In this document: positions 1 to 13,555 of the stretch, in pieces
Numbering within the stretch: position 1 is the first letter of the stretch
Layout of the letters: every line of letters begins with the position of its first letter
Origin: Eledone cirrhosa
Lineage: Eukaryota
Length of the DNA stretch: 64,000 nucleotides
NCBI GenBank assembly: GCA_964016885.1
Contig: OZ024742.1
Coordinates: 131,564,001 to 131,628,000 of the forward strand
Direction: 5' to 3'
The notes under the pieces: generated by a model
Databases searched by the model: none
Told to the model about the DNA's origin: nothing
What the model saw: the letters and a program-made list of their open reading frames with translations, nothing else
Translations under genes and position numbers: made by a program

Positions 1-337
1 CACACGTGGACATGCCTACAAAGTCAGAAAAGAGCACAGCTTCCATGACTTTCGGAATCATTTTTTCACGCTTAGAGTTACTGAAGCATGGAACAAATTC
101 CCTGAGTCAGTTCTTAGCTGGCGAGACACTGCATCCTTTAAACCCCTCATGCTTACCGAAATTCGCCAAAACTACACCTGATGTCCCCCTTCCATACACA
201 TGCACACATGTGTATATCATGACTCATGCACTGTTCATTTTTCTGACGTTTGTACATTACCCTATGTACTATACATACCCTTTTGATGAGTTGTAGTGCA
301 CCTGAGTACTGTACACAATATTTTCATTATTATTATA
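1..337 (+). mobile_element. CR1-clade LINE 3' end (ORF2 C-terminus, 3' UTR, (ATT)n tail)
   Basis: Frame from nt 2 reads TRGHAYKVRKEHSFHDFRNHFFTLRVTEAWNKFPESV to TGA at 179-181, matching the CR1 motif TRGH..K...R..FF..RV...WN.LP. The element ends in ATTATTATTAT at ~327-337. Confidence 0.8.
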
Positions 338-349
338 AAATAAATTCCC

Positions 350-905
350 AAATACGAGCGCGATATTTAATGAATTTGTTCACGTGACAGTCATTTATAA
401 TTTCATTTATAATCGATCAAATTACATTTTAAAAAAAAGCCTTCATGAGCCACTGTTTTATTAAGTAAAATGAAATTCAAACAAACTGGCGCCAAAGCTG
501 ATGTGCTTATTCACGTGACTGCATAAACAACCAAACTTCACTCAGATATGAAAAAAACAACCTGAGCCCCCCCCCCCCCCCCCTTTGTTCGAAGAACTTT
601 GTAACGCGACCTGGCTCGAAATTTATTATACTTATTCACCAACCAATCAAATTACTTCTCTAAAAACCTGGCATTTCGAGCCCCTTTTTTCCATATAAAA
701 CAAGTCACATTCAAAGACCAACGAGATGTGAGAAAAACCACAGATCCTCCGTCTCAACTCTACTTTTGAAAAGCAGAAGAACTGCGAAACCGGTAAAGGA
801 ACCAAATAAATATATATATTAAAACAAAAAAAAAAGATTCCAGTTGCATTTTCGATTTCATCTTTTTTCCTTATACTTTCACTCGTGTAGGACACCTCGG
901 TTATT
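350..905 (+). repeat. Dispersed repeat copy 1 (degenerate GGCGCGAAA / TCACGTGA / CCAATC subrepeats), unclassified
   Basis: Aligns by eye with 2245-2680, e.g. GTCTCAA..TTTTGAAAAGCA.AAGAA.TGCG.AACCG.TAAA and GTGCTTATTCACGTGAC. Confidence 0.55.
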
Positions 906-927
906 TTTCATTTTGTAAAAAAAAGCT

Positions 928-1013
<86 letters not shown>

Positions 1014-1996
1014 TATGTACAAATATATGTTGCGAAGCTGTATCCGTACCAAATATACAGAATAACAATAACAACAATAATATTCTGAATATTATATAAG
1101 CCACAAAAGAAAAGTCTTTTGAGTCGAGTGAATGCTGCACTTTCTTCACAGAAATTGTTTTTCTATTCCACTTAAAGACGTAATTTAAAAACGGTAAAAT
1201 CATTGACTAAGCTTCAAGCAATTTACCCCATAGAATGTGTTTCCAAAAATATGGCACCATTAGATCTCTATAAGGTGTTGAAAATGCCAAACGAAAACAA
1301 GACGAGGCAACGACATAAAATGTAAAAACATTTACATATTTATGTAAATAGACGTTTTATCAGAATAATATAATGATAATACTAACTTCGCAGCCCTTGA
1401 CTAACTTGGAAAGCTATGGCCTAGCAGCTGGAAATCTCTTCTTTAAGCTGTAGCTCTGGCCAAATCTTTTTTAAAGGTCTCCATACTACTGATGTTATCC
1501 AAGGCGAAGGCAAGGACTATGTAAAGGTTGGAAATAGTAATATCAGCACATCTCATCGAGTTATCTAACACTTTCACGAATCTCCTTTCTTGTCTCTATT
1601 TATCTCTATTTATTGTCTCCTAAATGATGAAAAACAAAGACCTCGGTGAGATTCGAATTCGAGGCGTAGAAAGCCAGAACAAATACGATGGAGTAGATAA
1701 CTCTCATAATTAAATCCAATAACCAGACCGCAATTCAAACATTAAAAAAATTGCTATGTTATACACAGAAAAATATAAGTAAACGCAGTAAATATCAATT
1801 TTTACATGGCGAGATCGGCTATATGACAAATGAAACAGGACTAAGAATTGTCCGAACATCATGCATGCATACCACAAACGATAATCATATGGAAATAGCC
1901 GATGATACAACTCTAGAAATGAATATATTGAAAATCAAAATAACATCAAAATGAGGCAAATTAATGTAAGCACCCACCCATCCTTATAAATATACG

Positions 1997-2037
<41 letters not shown>

Positions 2038-2056
2038 ACACACATACACACACACA

Positions 2057-2159
<103 letters not shown>

Positions 2160-2244
2160 TTGTTTAATAGACACCTGAACTGTTGACCTCTCAAATGACT
2201 GCAGCTCAATCAAGCGGAAAAGGACACTCTTCGACAAACCTACA

Positions 2245-2680
2245 TTTGGCGCGAAACCATTCCGCGCTTAAATCAATTTAAACATTCACGTGAATTCTAC
2301 CGACCAATCAAAATCGTTTTGACTACAAGAATTTTTGCAGCACGAATTGGCGCGAAATTTATAGTGCTTATTCACGTGACATTCAACAACCAACCAAATG
2401 TTAATACCTTGCAAGCCACTTTTTTCACATAAAACAGGGAGAATTTTCAAAAGTGATCAGATTAGAGCAAAAATCACAAGCACTCTGTCTCAAAATTATT
2501 TTTGAAAAGCATAAGAAATGCGCAACCGATAAAACCTTAAAACTACAACTGAATACTAACAAATACTTATTACAAATTTATACTTATTCCCAATTAAACT
2601 ATTTTTCACTGGAAAGAAATTGTCAGCATTTTCGTTTCGTTTTTACTAATATATCACAACTGGTGTGTCACACCTCTATT
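2245..2680 (+). repeat. Dispersed repeat copy 2 with two TTGGCGCGAAA..TTCACGTGA..CCAA subrepeats
   Basis: TTGGCGCGAAA at ~2247 and ~2347, each followed by ATTCACGTGA. The element ends in a small hairpin GGTGTGTCACACC. Confidence 0.55.
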
Positions 2681-3184
2681 TTTATATATATATATATATA
2701 TATATTCAAAAAGCCAAGGATAATAAATTATTATTTATTCATACATCTCTACGAAAGTTTCGGTGCAACTAGCATATCGCATCCATTTGCAGAGCTACTG
2801 GACATTATTAATTGAAAATTATCTCCATTATGGGTGCTTGATCTCAACCGTAGCTCTTCAGAAAGTATACAGAATAATTAATACCATAAAATAATATTAA
2901 GAAAGTTAGAGGATTCAAAGTATGAAGCTTTTAGGAAGGATGTTAAATTTTCGAGGGTTTGTTATGCAAGGGTTTCTGTGTTTCTTTGACGGAAAATATA
3001 TTATAACTATGAAATGGTTACAGTAGAGGTTGTTAAAGATTTTCGTTATAAAGTTAAGATATTTTATTAGAAAAAGATTTGAAAGTATTTAGTTGAGTTT
3101 TTCCGTAAGTTCATATCATAAGTATATAATATATTAAAAACCAGTTATCGCTCCATAAATACAATTTATTCTTATATAAATGAA

Positions 3185-3500
3185 TGGCAATGAGATTTGT
3201 ACCAGGAAAGTTCCTCTCCGAGGCACAAGTCCGGAAAGGTTGTTTGTGGAAGACCAACAGTCGCCAATGCATACCGTCTCCCCTCTCGTCCCCACCAATG
3301 TCATCCAAGGGACAGGCAAAGACCGATACAACTTAGCAACTGTGGCGTCGCAACTCATTTCTACAACTGAGTAAACTGGGGCCACGTGAAATAAAATGTC
3401 TTGTTCAAGGACACAACGCATCAACCGGTCTGAAAATCGAACTCAAAACCTATCGATTACAAGCTCAAATCTATACCCATTAAGCCATGCGCCTTCACCG
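3185..3500 (-). mobile_element. tRNA-derived SINE (CORE/V-like body)
   Basis: Minus strand begins GTGAAGGCGCATGGCTTAATGG (A box), then GAGTTCGATT (B box), then TGTGTCCTTGAACAAGACATTTTATTTCACGT. Confidence 0.7.
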
Positions 3501-3509
3501 AATGACCGT

Positions 3510-3760
3510 AGGATTTGCTATTAGAAATTTCCCTTCCGATGCACAAGTCTGGGAGATGGTGTTTCTTGAAAACTAGCAGTCACTAATACATACCAATCTT
3601 ACCTCTCCGCGCCACCGATGTTGCTAAGCTGTATCGGTCATCTGGAGCAACGTGAAATAGTCTTTTCTCAAGGAGACAACGTATCACCCGTTCCGAGAAT
3701 TGAACTCACAATCTCCAGATAGAAGACTCTACACTCTAACCAATAAGACACGGGATGTCA
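3510..3760 (-). mobile_element. Second, more decayed copy of the same SINE, in tandem
   Basis: Shares GCACAAGTC.GG, CCACC.ATGT, CAACGTGAAATA, CAAGGA.ACAACG and GAACTCA with 3185-3500. Confidence 0.6.
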
Positions 3761-4064
3761 TTATGTATATATCAATATTTATTAGGTTCTGGAGTAGAGT
3801 AGTTTAGAAGGTGTACTATATTATGTAAGCGTGGAAAAAGAAATAGAAAGGAAATATATTAGGAATTATATAAATGAAATTAAGGTGGTTGAAAATCAGT
3901 CAAATTTGTTGCGTATTTCCATTTAGCAAACAGTTTGGTTTTGCCATCCTCTAAAGATTTTGCTCTTTTGGTTCAAATAATTTTTGTTCGGAGATGAGAA
4001 GCCTGGTAATATTCTCAATTTCACACTAAGACAGAGACGGCATCTCTTGGTACCATTTAGGTAA

Positions 4065-4272
4065 GGACTACTGATGTTTGTAATCTTATTGGCTTATACA
4101 TTCTTCATACGCCAAAGTCTAAATTCCCCAACCAATCCTTTCCTCCATATCGTGACGATGGTCTTTCGTTTACAAATAATTGTAACGGAAACACTCTGGA
4201 CAGATTCCGTAAAAATTTGATTGACACTTTTCGTGCAGTAGGACTTAAAATTACGGTTGATACGAATGAAAA
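4065..4272 (+). mobile_element. Penelope-like element RT fragment, YRDDGL type (Nematis-like), decayed
   Basis: Reads TDVCNLIGLYILHTPKSKFPNQSFPPYRDDGLSFTNNCNGNTLDRFRKNLIDTFRAVGLKITVDTN. Confidence 0.7.
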
Positions 4273-5047
4273 CTAGCTGCGAAATGTTTGGGGCAAATGA
4301 ATGGTAGTAACATCAGTGTAGTGGACATTGTTGGAGTCGAATGCAAGAGAATATAGTGCCATTTGAAGAAGATTGGTTTCATATTTATATATATTTCATT
4401 TGTTGTTTTACATGTTCGGTACACGATATATAATTATGAAGAAAGCTTCTGCACTAAATTGTTGGTAAGTTTTTCTTAATGTTAAGAACGTTAAATTTAA
4501 ATTCAATATATTTCCATATGTTCTTTGGTTATTTCTTTCGTTAGACTTGCCTTCTTCCATTAAGCTTCGCATATATATATTTATGAAAGTTTGAAAGCCT
4601 ATTGTCTCCACGTCGTGGTCGCCATCACTATTGCAGTTGTGGAGTTATATGTCTGCTATTGTTGTTGTTATAGATAATTCAAAGATGTTTCCGAGATATA
4701 GCATTATTGGGATTATGACATCAGTATGTATGGTTTACTTGAGCGCATTTTAGGGGAACAATTCTAATATATACGATATTTATTATTTTATAGATAATAG
4801 AAATATTTTATAGCTATTGCCTAAACACATTCCACTCAATTTTCTTCTGACCTTCGTAAATTCTTTCTCTAAATTTTTCTTCCTTTCCCACCTTGTGTAA
4901 ATCTTCAATACATTGAGTAGTAGTGAGTGGGTTTGTGTGTGTGTGTGTGTGAGTGTATGTATGTGAGAGAGAGAGAGAAGGAGAGAGATAGAGTGTGTGT
5001 GAGAGAGAGACAGAGAGAGATAGAGAGATAGAGATAGATAGAGAGAG

Positions 5048-5091
<44 letters not shown>

Positions 5092-5311
5092 TGAGAGAGA
5101 GAGAAAGAGAGAAAGAGAGAAAGAGAGCGTGCGAGGGAGCGTATGTAAGAGGGAAAGATGTGAAAGATTTATGCATCTATATATTTGTGATGTTTATCTC
5201 ACTGCTGCAATGATATAAGTTTCTCACTATCATTGTTTTACTTTCTCTCTTATTCTCCCGCATATCGAGACACCCAGGCAGACGCGTATATATATATATA
5301 TATATATATAT

Positions 5312-5535
5312 ATAGGAACGAGTAGGAACCCGACGGCTGAGCTCAAGCCGCTTCGACGGCTAATTCTGGACTAAAAAAAAAATAATTTTTTTTTTAGACC
5401 AGAATTAACCGTCGAAACGGCTTGAGCTCAGACGTCGGGGTCCTACTCGTTCCTATTACCCACTCTACTACCCTAAGTATTGAGTACTTTGGTGCGTTAT
5501 GGTCCACTTGGTCCCTTACCATATTTCCTTCGTTA
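5312..5535. mobile_element. (TA)n-embedded inverted-repeat cassette, 'GAGCTCAAGCCG' family (probable PLE terminal repeat)
   Basis: 5312-5383 is the reverse complement of 5385-5456. The same family occurs at 31308, 31962-32232 and 36319-36545. Confidence 0.65.
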
Positions 5536-5606
5536 TATATATATATATATACTTGTATGTATGTATGTATGTATGTATGTATGTATGTATATATATATAT
5601 ATACAT

Positions 5607-5910
5607 TGTCAAGGCAGAAATCTAGGAGAAGGAAAACTCAGATATAACACCTGCAACCCTGATGGTATCCAATGATGTTGACTTGTTCTTCTTTTTGGTA
5701 AATATTATCTTGGTTAAGAGCGTGGGACTGGCTTTGTGCAGTGCCTTTGCTCACTATAAAAGCTTCACAGCACAGGCATTGCTTTATATCTGGAGATCTC
5801 TCTGCACTTGTCGTCACATGGTACCAAGTGCCCAGCAATATGTGTCAATAGTTGACACAAGTGTATTGTTTGTACCAGAGTTTTCAAGTCGCTGGCTGGA
5901 CTAAAAAGTT
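5607..5910 (+). mobile_element. Partial copy of the bipartite non-autonomous RTE derivative
   Basis: Near-identical to ~57367-57672. It follows an (ATGT)n/(TA)n tract and is cut on the right by a PLE fragment. Confidence 0.85.
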
Positions 5911-6743
5911 CCTATTATTCGTATCTACTACAATGGTACACATTCTTCTGGCTAGGTAGTATGGGATGTTGCGTTTGGTATGAGGCGGGTGGCACGACTT
6001 AAAATTCAGATATTGATGGGTGTCTGTCTGTTTATATTATATATCCGTGGTATTGGTGGTGTCGTTTTTGATTACCATTATATCTAGGAATGGTAATTTG
6101 GTACTACTCATCTCTTTTGTAAATTGAAGAGATGTGTGTAGGTTATTCAGGAGGACATTGACCTCATCCAGATTATTTAGAGATTCTGTCCAGATGATGA
6201 AACAGTCGTCAAGGTATCTCTTCCAAGACTTTTCAATGTACTTTCAAATATCCGTCAGATACCCCCGAGTAACCATCTAGCAACATGTGGTCAGAATATA
6301 TTTATAATATTTCCAATCTACAAACTACACAGCCCAAGTGAAATCAAGAGAAACATTAAAGAAAAGAATTTTATTGATAAATTCCAACCCAAGCTAAATG
6401 AACCTAATAATGCTTAGGGGTATTACTTCTACTATGACTACGCCTAAGACCATGTCGACTAGCTCCACTAACAACAACAACAACAACAACAATAATAATA
6501 ATAAAAGTGATGTTGATGTTGATGATTACTGAAGATTTTTATAAAAACCTTGAAAATGGTAATTTCATCATTTCTAAAAATAGCAAAACAATTGATACTT
6601 TGGATAGGGTCAAATAGAAGTCGTTAGACATGCTCAACCAACCATGACGCCTAAACCAATCAGCTTTAGTAATCTAGTGAAACGACATACCGATTAGGTC
6701 GAAATACAGTTTGCAAAACTTAGAATTCTGTAGCCCCTTTTTA

Positions 6744-6747
<4 letters not shown>
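5910..6747. mobile_element. Penelope-like element with inverted 5' part: RT fragment on - (5910-6255), GIY-YIG C-terminus and 3' UTR on + (6270-6747)
   Basis: Minus strand: YIEKSWKRYLDDCFIIWTESLNNLDEVNVLLNNLHTSLQFTKEMSSTKLPFLDIMV...TDTHQYLNFKSCHPPHTKRNIPYYLARRMCTIV. Plus strand: NHLATCGQNIFIIFPIYK...EKNFIDKFQPKLN. Confidence 0.85.
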
Positions 6748-7228
<481 letters not shown>

Positions 7229-7280
7229 AAAAATTAGAATCGGAGCTCTGAAATAGCCATATATATATGAATGTATATAT

Positions 7281-7591
7281 AGTGTATTTTGCAATACACT
7301 TTATGTTTAATTCAAAGCATTTTGAAGACCGTATGCTATTGTTTTAGAGTAGTGACTGACTCACTTACTTTAATCTCAGCAAACAGGGGGAGATAAAGCC
7401 GACAAGGCCTTGTTTCTGCATTTGTTGATGCTTATCAAAGCCAACTACTCCCTCCCGTCTGCTGAGATCACAGATGTTATATTCTTATAGAACTATGCTG
7501 AGATTAAAGTAAATGAGTCTGTCACTACTCTAAAACAATAGCATACGGTCTTCAAATGCTTTTAATTAAGCATAAAGTGTATTGCAAAATA

Positions 7592-7595
<4 letters not shown>
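7281..7595. mobile_element. Inverted-repeat cassette (~100 bp arms) in (TA)n, with a hammerhead-like spacer
   Basis: Arms 7281-7381 and 7496-7595. The minus-strand spacer reads GGCT TTGATAA GCAT CAACAA ATGC A GAA ACAAG GC CTTGT C GGCT. Confidence 0.7.
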
Positions 7596-7620
<25 letters not shown>

Positions 7621-7629
<9 letters not shown>

Positions 7630-8164
7630 CGTAAAATAAGAAAATTATAAAATTAACTTACTTACTAAAAAATCACTTCCAACTAATTAGTTTCTGGAAT
7701 GGAGTAAATATATTTTCCGAAGAAACATATCGAAAATCATTCCGTCATCAGGAAAGTCTTTTTCCGTATAGGTCTCCAGGCATAGCGAGGACACTGGAAA
7801 CTTATTAAAAAAATAATTCAGTGGAATGGAAATAGCGAAGCGTGGACTGGATTCCAAGCTATTGAGAAAATCACTGCCTCTACGTCTGTGGCAAATTCAA
7901 AAAGAATCAATCACGTGTCATCGAGGTCAATCAGTGGAAAGCGAGTGGTTATTAAGACAGCGGCCAGCTTACTACCATAGTAGCAGTCATGGCCAAATAT
8001 TGCTCGACAAATGAATTGGAGATAATTATAAGGAATTTATATCTAGTAACATTTATATACACACAGATGCATATCAATGCTAGCAAATATATAGGTTTTG
8101 TCTTATTAACAATGTGGTTCAATGCATGGGGTTGCAGAACAATAATATGAGAGACGTAAAATAA

Positions 8165-8175
<11 letters not shown>
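7621..8175 (-). mobile_element. ~550 bp non-coding insert in (TA)n with a ~29 bp terminal direct repeat and a hammerhead motif
   Basis: TATGAGAGACGTAAAATAAGAAAATTATA occurs at both ends; hammerhead motif at 7675-7757. Confidence 0.7.
7675..7757 (-). ncRNA. Type I hammerhead ribozyme candidate
   Basis: ACTTTC CTGATGA c GGAATG...CATTCC a GAA AC TAATTA GT T GGAAGT. Stem I, stem II and palindromic loop III are present; the base of stem II is a C-A mismatch. Confidence 0.6.
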
Positions 8176-8216
<41 letters not shown>

Positions 8217-8218
8217 TA

Positions 8219-8251
<33 letters not shown>

Positions 8252-8308
8252 TTAATATATATATATATATATATATATATTAAACGTTGATGATGATGAT
8301 GATGATGA

Positions 8309-8401
<93 letters not shown>

Positions 8402-8502
8402 TAGAGAGAGGGAGAGAGAGAGAGAGAATAAAATAAGAATTTTATTTCTCACAGCTGATACATAAATGTAAATAGGCATGTGTACACATATACATATATA
8501 TA

Positions 8503-8544
<42 letters not shown>

Positions 8545-9034
8545 CATCACCACCACCACTAACCATCATCCTCATCATGACAACCACTAACACCGACATG
8601 TATATGCATACTCTCTCATACTACATACATTCATCCACACATACACATATGCATACATACCTTCATACACACACAGAAAAAATGATTAAACAGTGTGGAA
8701 TATTTATAATATTTCAGAGAAAATTGAACAAAAAACACACCACCAGTTGTGAGAACTTTGAGGGCGCATCGGTAATAGGGCAAAATTTCCAATAATAAAT
8801 AGTGAAATAATTGTTTCTACTATTGGCATAAGTCCAGCAATTATCCAGTACATTACTGGTACTTTATTTTATCGACCCCGTAAGGATGAAAGGCACAGTC
8901 AACCTCTTATAATAACATTCTTATAATAACAAATATCGATAAGCAACAAGAAATTATTGGATGAGTAATTATCAAATGAAAGGAAAGTCAAGTTAGAAGA
9001 AAAAATGATTAAACAGTGTGGAATATTTATAATA

Positions 9035-9727
9035 ACAAATAACGAAACGAAATTAAATTTCGTTTCGTTTGTAACTCACTTTTGTATGACTGACGCTTAA
9101 ACAATTAAGTTAAAAGTGTACATCCACATATGTATACTGAAATACTAGTATGCATATAAATACACACACGTATACATATGTACATGTACCGAGCTTTTCA
9201 CTGGACACTTTACTGTGAGTGTTCAGCTAGTCTGTATGTAAACAAACAGACAAAACCGGTTTTTAGAGTCATACTGGTTTTCAAGGAAACACCTTTCCGA
9301 AATTTAATTTCGTTTCGTTATTTGTTTTTATCGTTTCCGCTGAACCGGTACGTACTCACGCTCTCTGCAAATTGGTCTGCCCACTACTAATTTTCATAGA
9401 AAAAGCATATAACGATATGTGCTTTTACGATTCTCAAGAGAGGCCGGAGGATGGGTATTTATTGCTGATGAGATGTAATAACATCGAAACTAGTCCAATA
9501 TTCCTGTCTGGCTCTCTGGAGAATAGAGGAAAGGTGTTTCCTTGAAAACCAGTATGACTCTAAAAACCGGTTTTGTCTGTTTGTTTACATACAGACTAGC
9601 TGAACACTCACAGTAAAGTGTCCAGTGAAAAGCTCGGTACATGTACATATGTATACGTGTGTGTATTTATATGCATACTAGTATTTCAGTATACATATGT
9701 GGATGTACACTTTTAACTTAATTGTTT
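9035..9727. mobile_element. Young non-coding PLE-like insertion: 202 bp inverted arms around a hammerhead, 13 bp TSD
   Basis: Arms 9097-9298 and 9528-9729 appear perfect. TSD AATATTTATAATA at 9022-9034 and 9728-9740; empty site at 8699-8711. Confidence 0.85.
9460..9500 (+). ncRNA. Minimal type I hammerhead ribozyme (intact consensus)
   Basis: TATTG CTGATGA GATGT AATA ACATC GAAAC TA GTC CAATA. Stem I is extended by TTCTC.AGAGAGGCCGGA pairing with TCTGGCTCTCT.GAGAA. Confidence 0.85.
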
Positions 9728-10377
9728 AATATTTATAATATTTCAGAGAAAATTGAACAAAAAACACACCACCAGTTGTGAGAACTTTGAGGGCGCATCG
9801 GTAATAGTGCAATATTTCCAATAATAAATAGTGAAATAATTGTTTCTACTATTGGCATAAGTCCAGCCATTACCCAGTACATTACTGGTACTTTATTTTA
9901 TCGACCCTGTAAGGATGAAAGGCAAAGTTAACCTCGACGAGATTTGAACTCAGACCGTAAACGGACGTAACTATGCAGTACCAGTATCGCACTGGAGTCA
10001 ATTTAATCGGCTTACTCCTCACTTTCAAATTGCTGGCCTTTTGTCAAAATAGAAACAATTATTAATATTTATTGTTATTTTCAGCATTCTTCGTTTATTT
10101 TTTTTATCATCAATAGTATGAGGAGAAATAGAAAGCTAGCATAATCTTAGAAAACGGACATCGTATACAAAAACAACAGTTATGATGGTAATGTTAATTG
10201 GATATATATTAAAACAATAACGTACACATAGACATACACAAGTACTAAAGATAACAGCACACAGACAGACCCACACACAGAACAGACCCACACACAGACA
10301 CACAGATAGACACAGATACACACAGATACACAGATACACACAGACGCTCACACACACATATATTGAAATATATATGT

Positions 10378-10414
<37 letters not shown>

Positions 10415-10434
10415 GTATATATATATGTGTGTGT

Positions 10435-10596
<162 letters not shown>

Positions 10597-10753
10597 CTAT
10601 GATGTACGTTCATTCACGCGTTTTGCTGGAGAAAACGAAGTGGAGGGAATTATTTGACAACCGAAAGACGACTAAATATACTAAGGTCGTATATTTCTAT
10701 CGTTTCATTTGCTAATGTTCATGGACATACGTATATATGTATATGTATGTATA

Positions 10754-10785
<32 letters not shown>

Positions 10786-10791
10786 GTATAC

Positions 10792-10926
<135 letters not shown>

Positions 10927-11488
10927 TATACATATATACATACACACACACACATATATATATATGTATTTATACACATACATATACATATATATGTAAG
11001 TTTGCCTGTATGTATGTTTATACGTAAGTATATGATTGTATATATATATATATCTGTTCGTATATATATATATATATATATGTTTGTGTGTGAGTGTGTG
11101 AGTGTGTGTGTGTGTGTAACTGTCTGTCTGTGTGTCTGAATACCTGTGTGTGTATAAGAGTAGTTTTACTTTCACTTTCGTTTTAATCTTTAGTTTTACA
11201 TATTTGTTTTCTTATTTCTCAATTTTGTTTTAGTTATATCTTGTAATTTATTTCGCTTTACTCCTACTACGCCTCTTCTTTCCTACTCTATCTCTCTCAC
11301 TCTTATCATTACACCCAAATAACTAAGACACATACTTTTCTCACTCTCTCTTTCTCTATTGTCATCTCTATGATTCGTTTTCTCTCCTTTGCCCTCTCTC
11401 GAAGTAACTATCTATCTGTTTGTCTATCTATCTATCTATCTAGCTAGCTAGCTATATATCTATTATCGATTGATTATTTCTTTCTCTC

Positions 11489-11594
<106 letters not shown>

Positions 11595-11753
11595 CATACA
11601 TATATATATCTTTATATAACGAGAGGGATAGAGATAGTTTTTCACACACACACACACACACATACACACACACATACACACACACACACATATATATATC
11701 TTTATATAACGAGAGGGATAGAGATAGTTTTTCACACACACACACACACACAT

Positions 11754-11883
<130 letters not shown>

Positions 11884-11944
11884 GTATATATAAATATATA
11901 TATATAACGAAAGAGATAGAGAGAGGGAGTGTTATATATATGTA

Positions 11945-12045
<101 letters not shown>

Positions 12046-12070
12046 ACGAAAGAGATAGAGAGAGGGAGTG

Positions 12071-12123
<53 letters not shown>

Positions 12124-13350
12124 TGTATATATATATATATATCTTGATTTTGTACAATGACCAATGTTCATTGCTTATCTTGGAAGCTTCAATCTCTGGA
12201 GAAATTTCAGTAATGAGGTATGGCTAATAATATTGCTAGTGCAATAACAATATCCTTCTTCTGACTAATATTATGAACAGATATGAAATAAACAAGTCAA
12301 AAACACATGAAAATATACAAGAAGACGTTAGTGTTACAGATGATGATCGTAGCGGCCTATTGGTGATTGGTCTTTTTTGCTTTCTCTTAGTTATTGTTGT
12401 TGTCGTGGACTTTGTAGTTATTGACCTTATAGCTTTCGCTGACGTGTCGAATTCGCTGTTGTTGTTATTGTTGACGGTGATAGCAAGACTGAAGAGTAAG
12501 TAGAATACTAATGTATTTTTATTTGGTTGACAAATACTAAAAGTGAAATATCACCTGACCGTCTTGTATATTCTCGTGAGGTTCGAGCAGCTATTAGCTT
12601 GGTATATAACTATGTATAGGGAAATTGTCATGAACATTCCGAATTGTGATAAATTTCCTGATAAGATAGTATGTAATAGTATGCAGAAAATAACGTAGAA
12701 TAAAATTGCATGAAAGGGATGTTGTTTGAAATTTGTATTAAACATTTTAGACATGTTTTCTTGTAAGAAACTATGCCATGTAAATCTGAACACATACATA
12801 TACAAGTTATAACATTGTGAATGTATTTTCATACACTGAAACTGCGTCATCGACCGTAAAAAATGGTATACTTCAAACACACACATATGCATGGAGATAT
12901 GTTCATGTATATATGGATATATACATGTATGCGTGCCTTTCTGTAACTGTTTGTGAGTGTGTATGAGTGTGCACGCGCTTGTGTGCGTTTATATCAGCGG
13001 AGACTAATCAAAAACGGTTCGTTGAAAAAAATAAATTGCAGTATTTCGAACCCTCTGGGCTAGGTCTGAAAGTACAAACCAGAAACACTACCGTCAAAAT
13101 CAATTGGCAATGACGTTATTACATAGTTGAGATCTAATGAATAAAACCAACAATCTATCTATCAATCTCTCTCCTTCTCTCTCTCTCTCTGTATATATAT
13201 GTATGTATATATTTATATATATTTATCATTCATCACCCACCCATTTGGACTTTCGGGTAATCAGCCCATGTACTTATAATAATCTCTCTTCGAAATATAT
13301 GCATATATATATATGTATATATATATATATACGCATACATATATATATGC

Positions 13351-13524
<174 letters not shown>

Positions 13525-13555
13525 AGTGTAATTTTCTACACAAAACGAAGGTTAT

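Larger units (their letters stand above)
8675..9975. repeat. Local tandem duplication (~230 bp unit including a Meta-type SINE on -); the second unit is interrupted by an insertion
   Basis: 8675-8906 matches 8998-9034 plus 9741-9935. Confidence 0.9.

Noticed and set aside
2740-2870. Hammerhead on - (CTGAAGA...CCGAAACTTTCGTA)
   Set aside because: Stems I and II are ambiguous. Similarly degraded motifs near 6675, 10660, 35590 and 36810 were also not called.
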